A stretch of 64,000 nt of DNA from Macrostomum lignano (lineage: Eukaryota): contig NIVC01001686.1 of assembly GCA_002269645.1 (NCBI GenBank), positions 147,660 to 211,659 on the forward strand, read 5' to 3'. Made by a program: the position numbers and the translations under genes. A model generated the notes under the pieces. The model saw nothing but the letters and a program-made list of their open reading frames with translations, did no database searches and was not told the DNA's origin. Positions 62,798 to 64,000 of the stretch are shown one piece after another. Each line of letters starts with the position of its first letter. The stretch's first letter is position 1.

Positions 62798-64000
62798 GTC
62801 GGGGTCTAGGACGCGGGGATTGTATGTTTAATTAAAGTATTGAAGTATAATTCCTAGCACAGTTGGGGGACCACGTAACGTCCACGATGCCATTGATAGA
62901 CCCTTGAAGAAAAAAGTATTATATAGCCTTAGTTTCCTTACTCTTCTAGCATTACTCTAAATGCGTATAGCATTATAGCTAAGAAGTTAGTTTTAAGCTT
63001 TTACGTTTAAGTTTTAAGTTTTAAGTTTTGAGCATTAGTTTGCACCTGCTTATACCGTAATGACCACCAAAGACCCGCTTACATTTCCGATGCGAGCATC
63101 CACCTCAAACCCCACCCCACCTCAGACATTTATGGGAGTCGGATGGTATTTGGAGGTCCCGCTATAAGTGATTAGTAATATAAGTAGCAAAGTATAACGT
63201 AGGTCCAGTTACTTCCAGAAGTAGGTAGACGCTAGCTGTAGTAGTAGAAGTAGTAGTTGTAGTAGCAAGCGAAGGGGCAGCATTTTATTAAATTGTGTGT
63301 CATTTCCTTTTAACAGAACACATAGCACGCGTACGTGTGCCCAAAATCCGAGTCTCTCTGCAGGGTTCAGTTTCTGTTTTATTATTTGTTTATTTTTATA
63401 CGTGAATAATTCGTTGCCTACCATCCCACGCAACAGTTGTCGATTGGCACCAATTCCCTTCTGCTTTCGCCTCGGTCAACTGTCGAGCCTTTACAAGGCT
63501 AGTCATCCAAATAAATGGGTAATATTTATACATGTATCTACTTTTGGCCACCATCTATGTGACAATTACACTGTTCTGTCCATATTTCCTGCATTGCCTG
63601 CCACTTCTTTATGGAACGCATGCTCGATAGGGATACATGTACGTGGTACGTGTACGGTGATTCAGTGATGCTGGAGTTAAATTGCTGTCTCACGTCCACA
63701 GGTCTAATTTTATTTTAATATAATTTTGCCATTACACTAATAACGTAATTAACTATTCCATTGATTCACGACACAAAATGCCTCCGATATATGGGAGCCG
63801 ACACGAGGCCAATGAGTGCCAATGTGAGTACCGATATGAGGGTTGACATGAGTGCCGATGGGAGTACCGATATACGGGCCTACGGCCTACGTGCCGACAG
63901 GGGTGCCGATTTAGTGCGATGGGAGTATCGATGAGTGCCGATTTGAGTGCCGATATGAGTGCCGATTTAGTGCCGACGGGAGTGTCGATGAGTGCCGAAT

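Larger units (their letters stand above)
49989..64000 (+). mobile_element. Large (>14 kb) CMC/EnSpm(CACTA)-like DNA transposon, right terminus just beyond the window
   Basis: Left terminus CCCGATTGAAAATCC followed by TCGGCACT subterminal repeats (50004-50375); mirror-image AGTGCCGA repeats at 63790-64000; a CMC-type transposase lies between them. Confidence 0.85.

Overview
Repeat-rich animal genomic DNA with spliceosomal GT-AG introns. A free-living flatworm such as Macrostomum is plausible, but this is inference from style only. The left two-thirds holds one clear host gene, a 4-exon nuclear receptor of the E78/NR1E type (31441-35995, +). Around it are a frameshifted C-type-lectin-like ORF, a tRNA-derived SINE with a perfect TSD, several MITE/foldback elements with TSDs, LINE and P-element relics, and many mini- and microsatellites. 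The right third is a nest of young mobile elements. A minus-strand Ty3/Gypsy LTR retrotransposon has a 3' LTR at 42664-43630, an intact pol and a -1 frameshift signal, and carries an extra sense ORF encoding an HPD-motif J-domain (DnaJ/Hsp40-type) protein at the env position. Its gag is interrupted at 49989 by a >14 kb CMC/EnSpm(CACTA)-like DNA transposon that runs past the window end. That element encodes three intact spliced plus-strand genes: a DDE transposase, an F-box/LRR protein and a coiled-coil+BEN-domain protein. The two cargo-bearing elements are the main candidates for undescribed systems.
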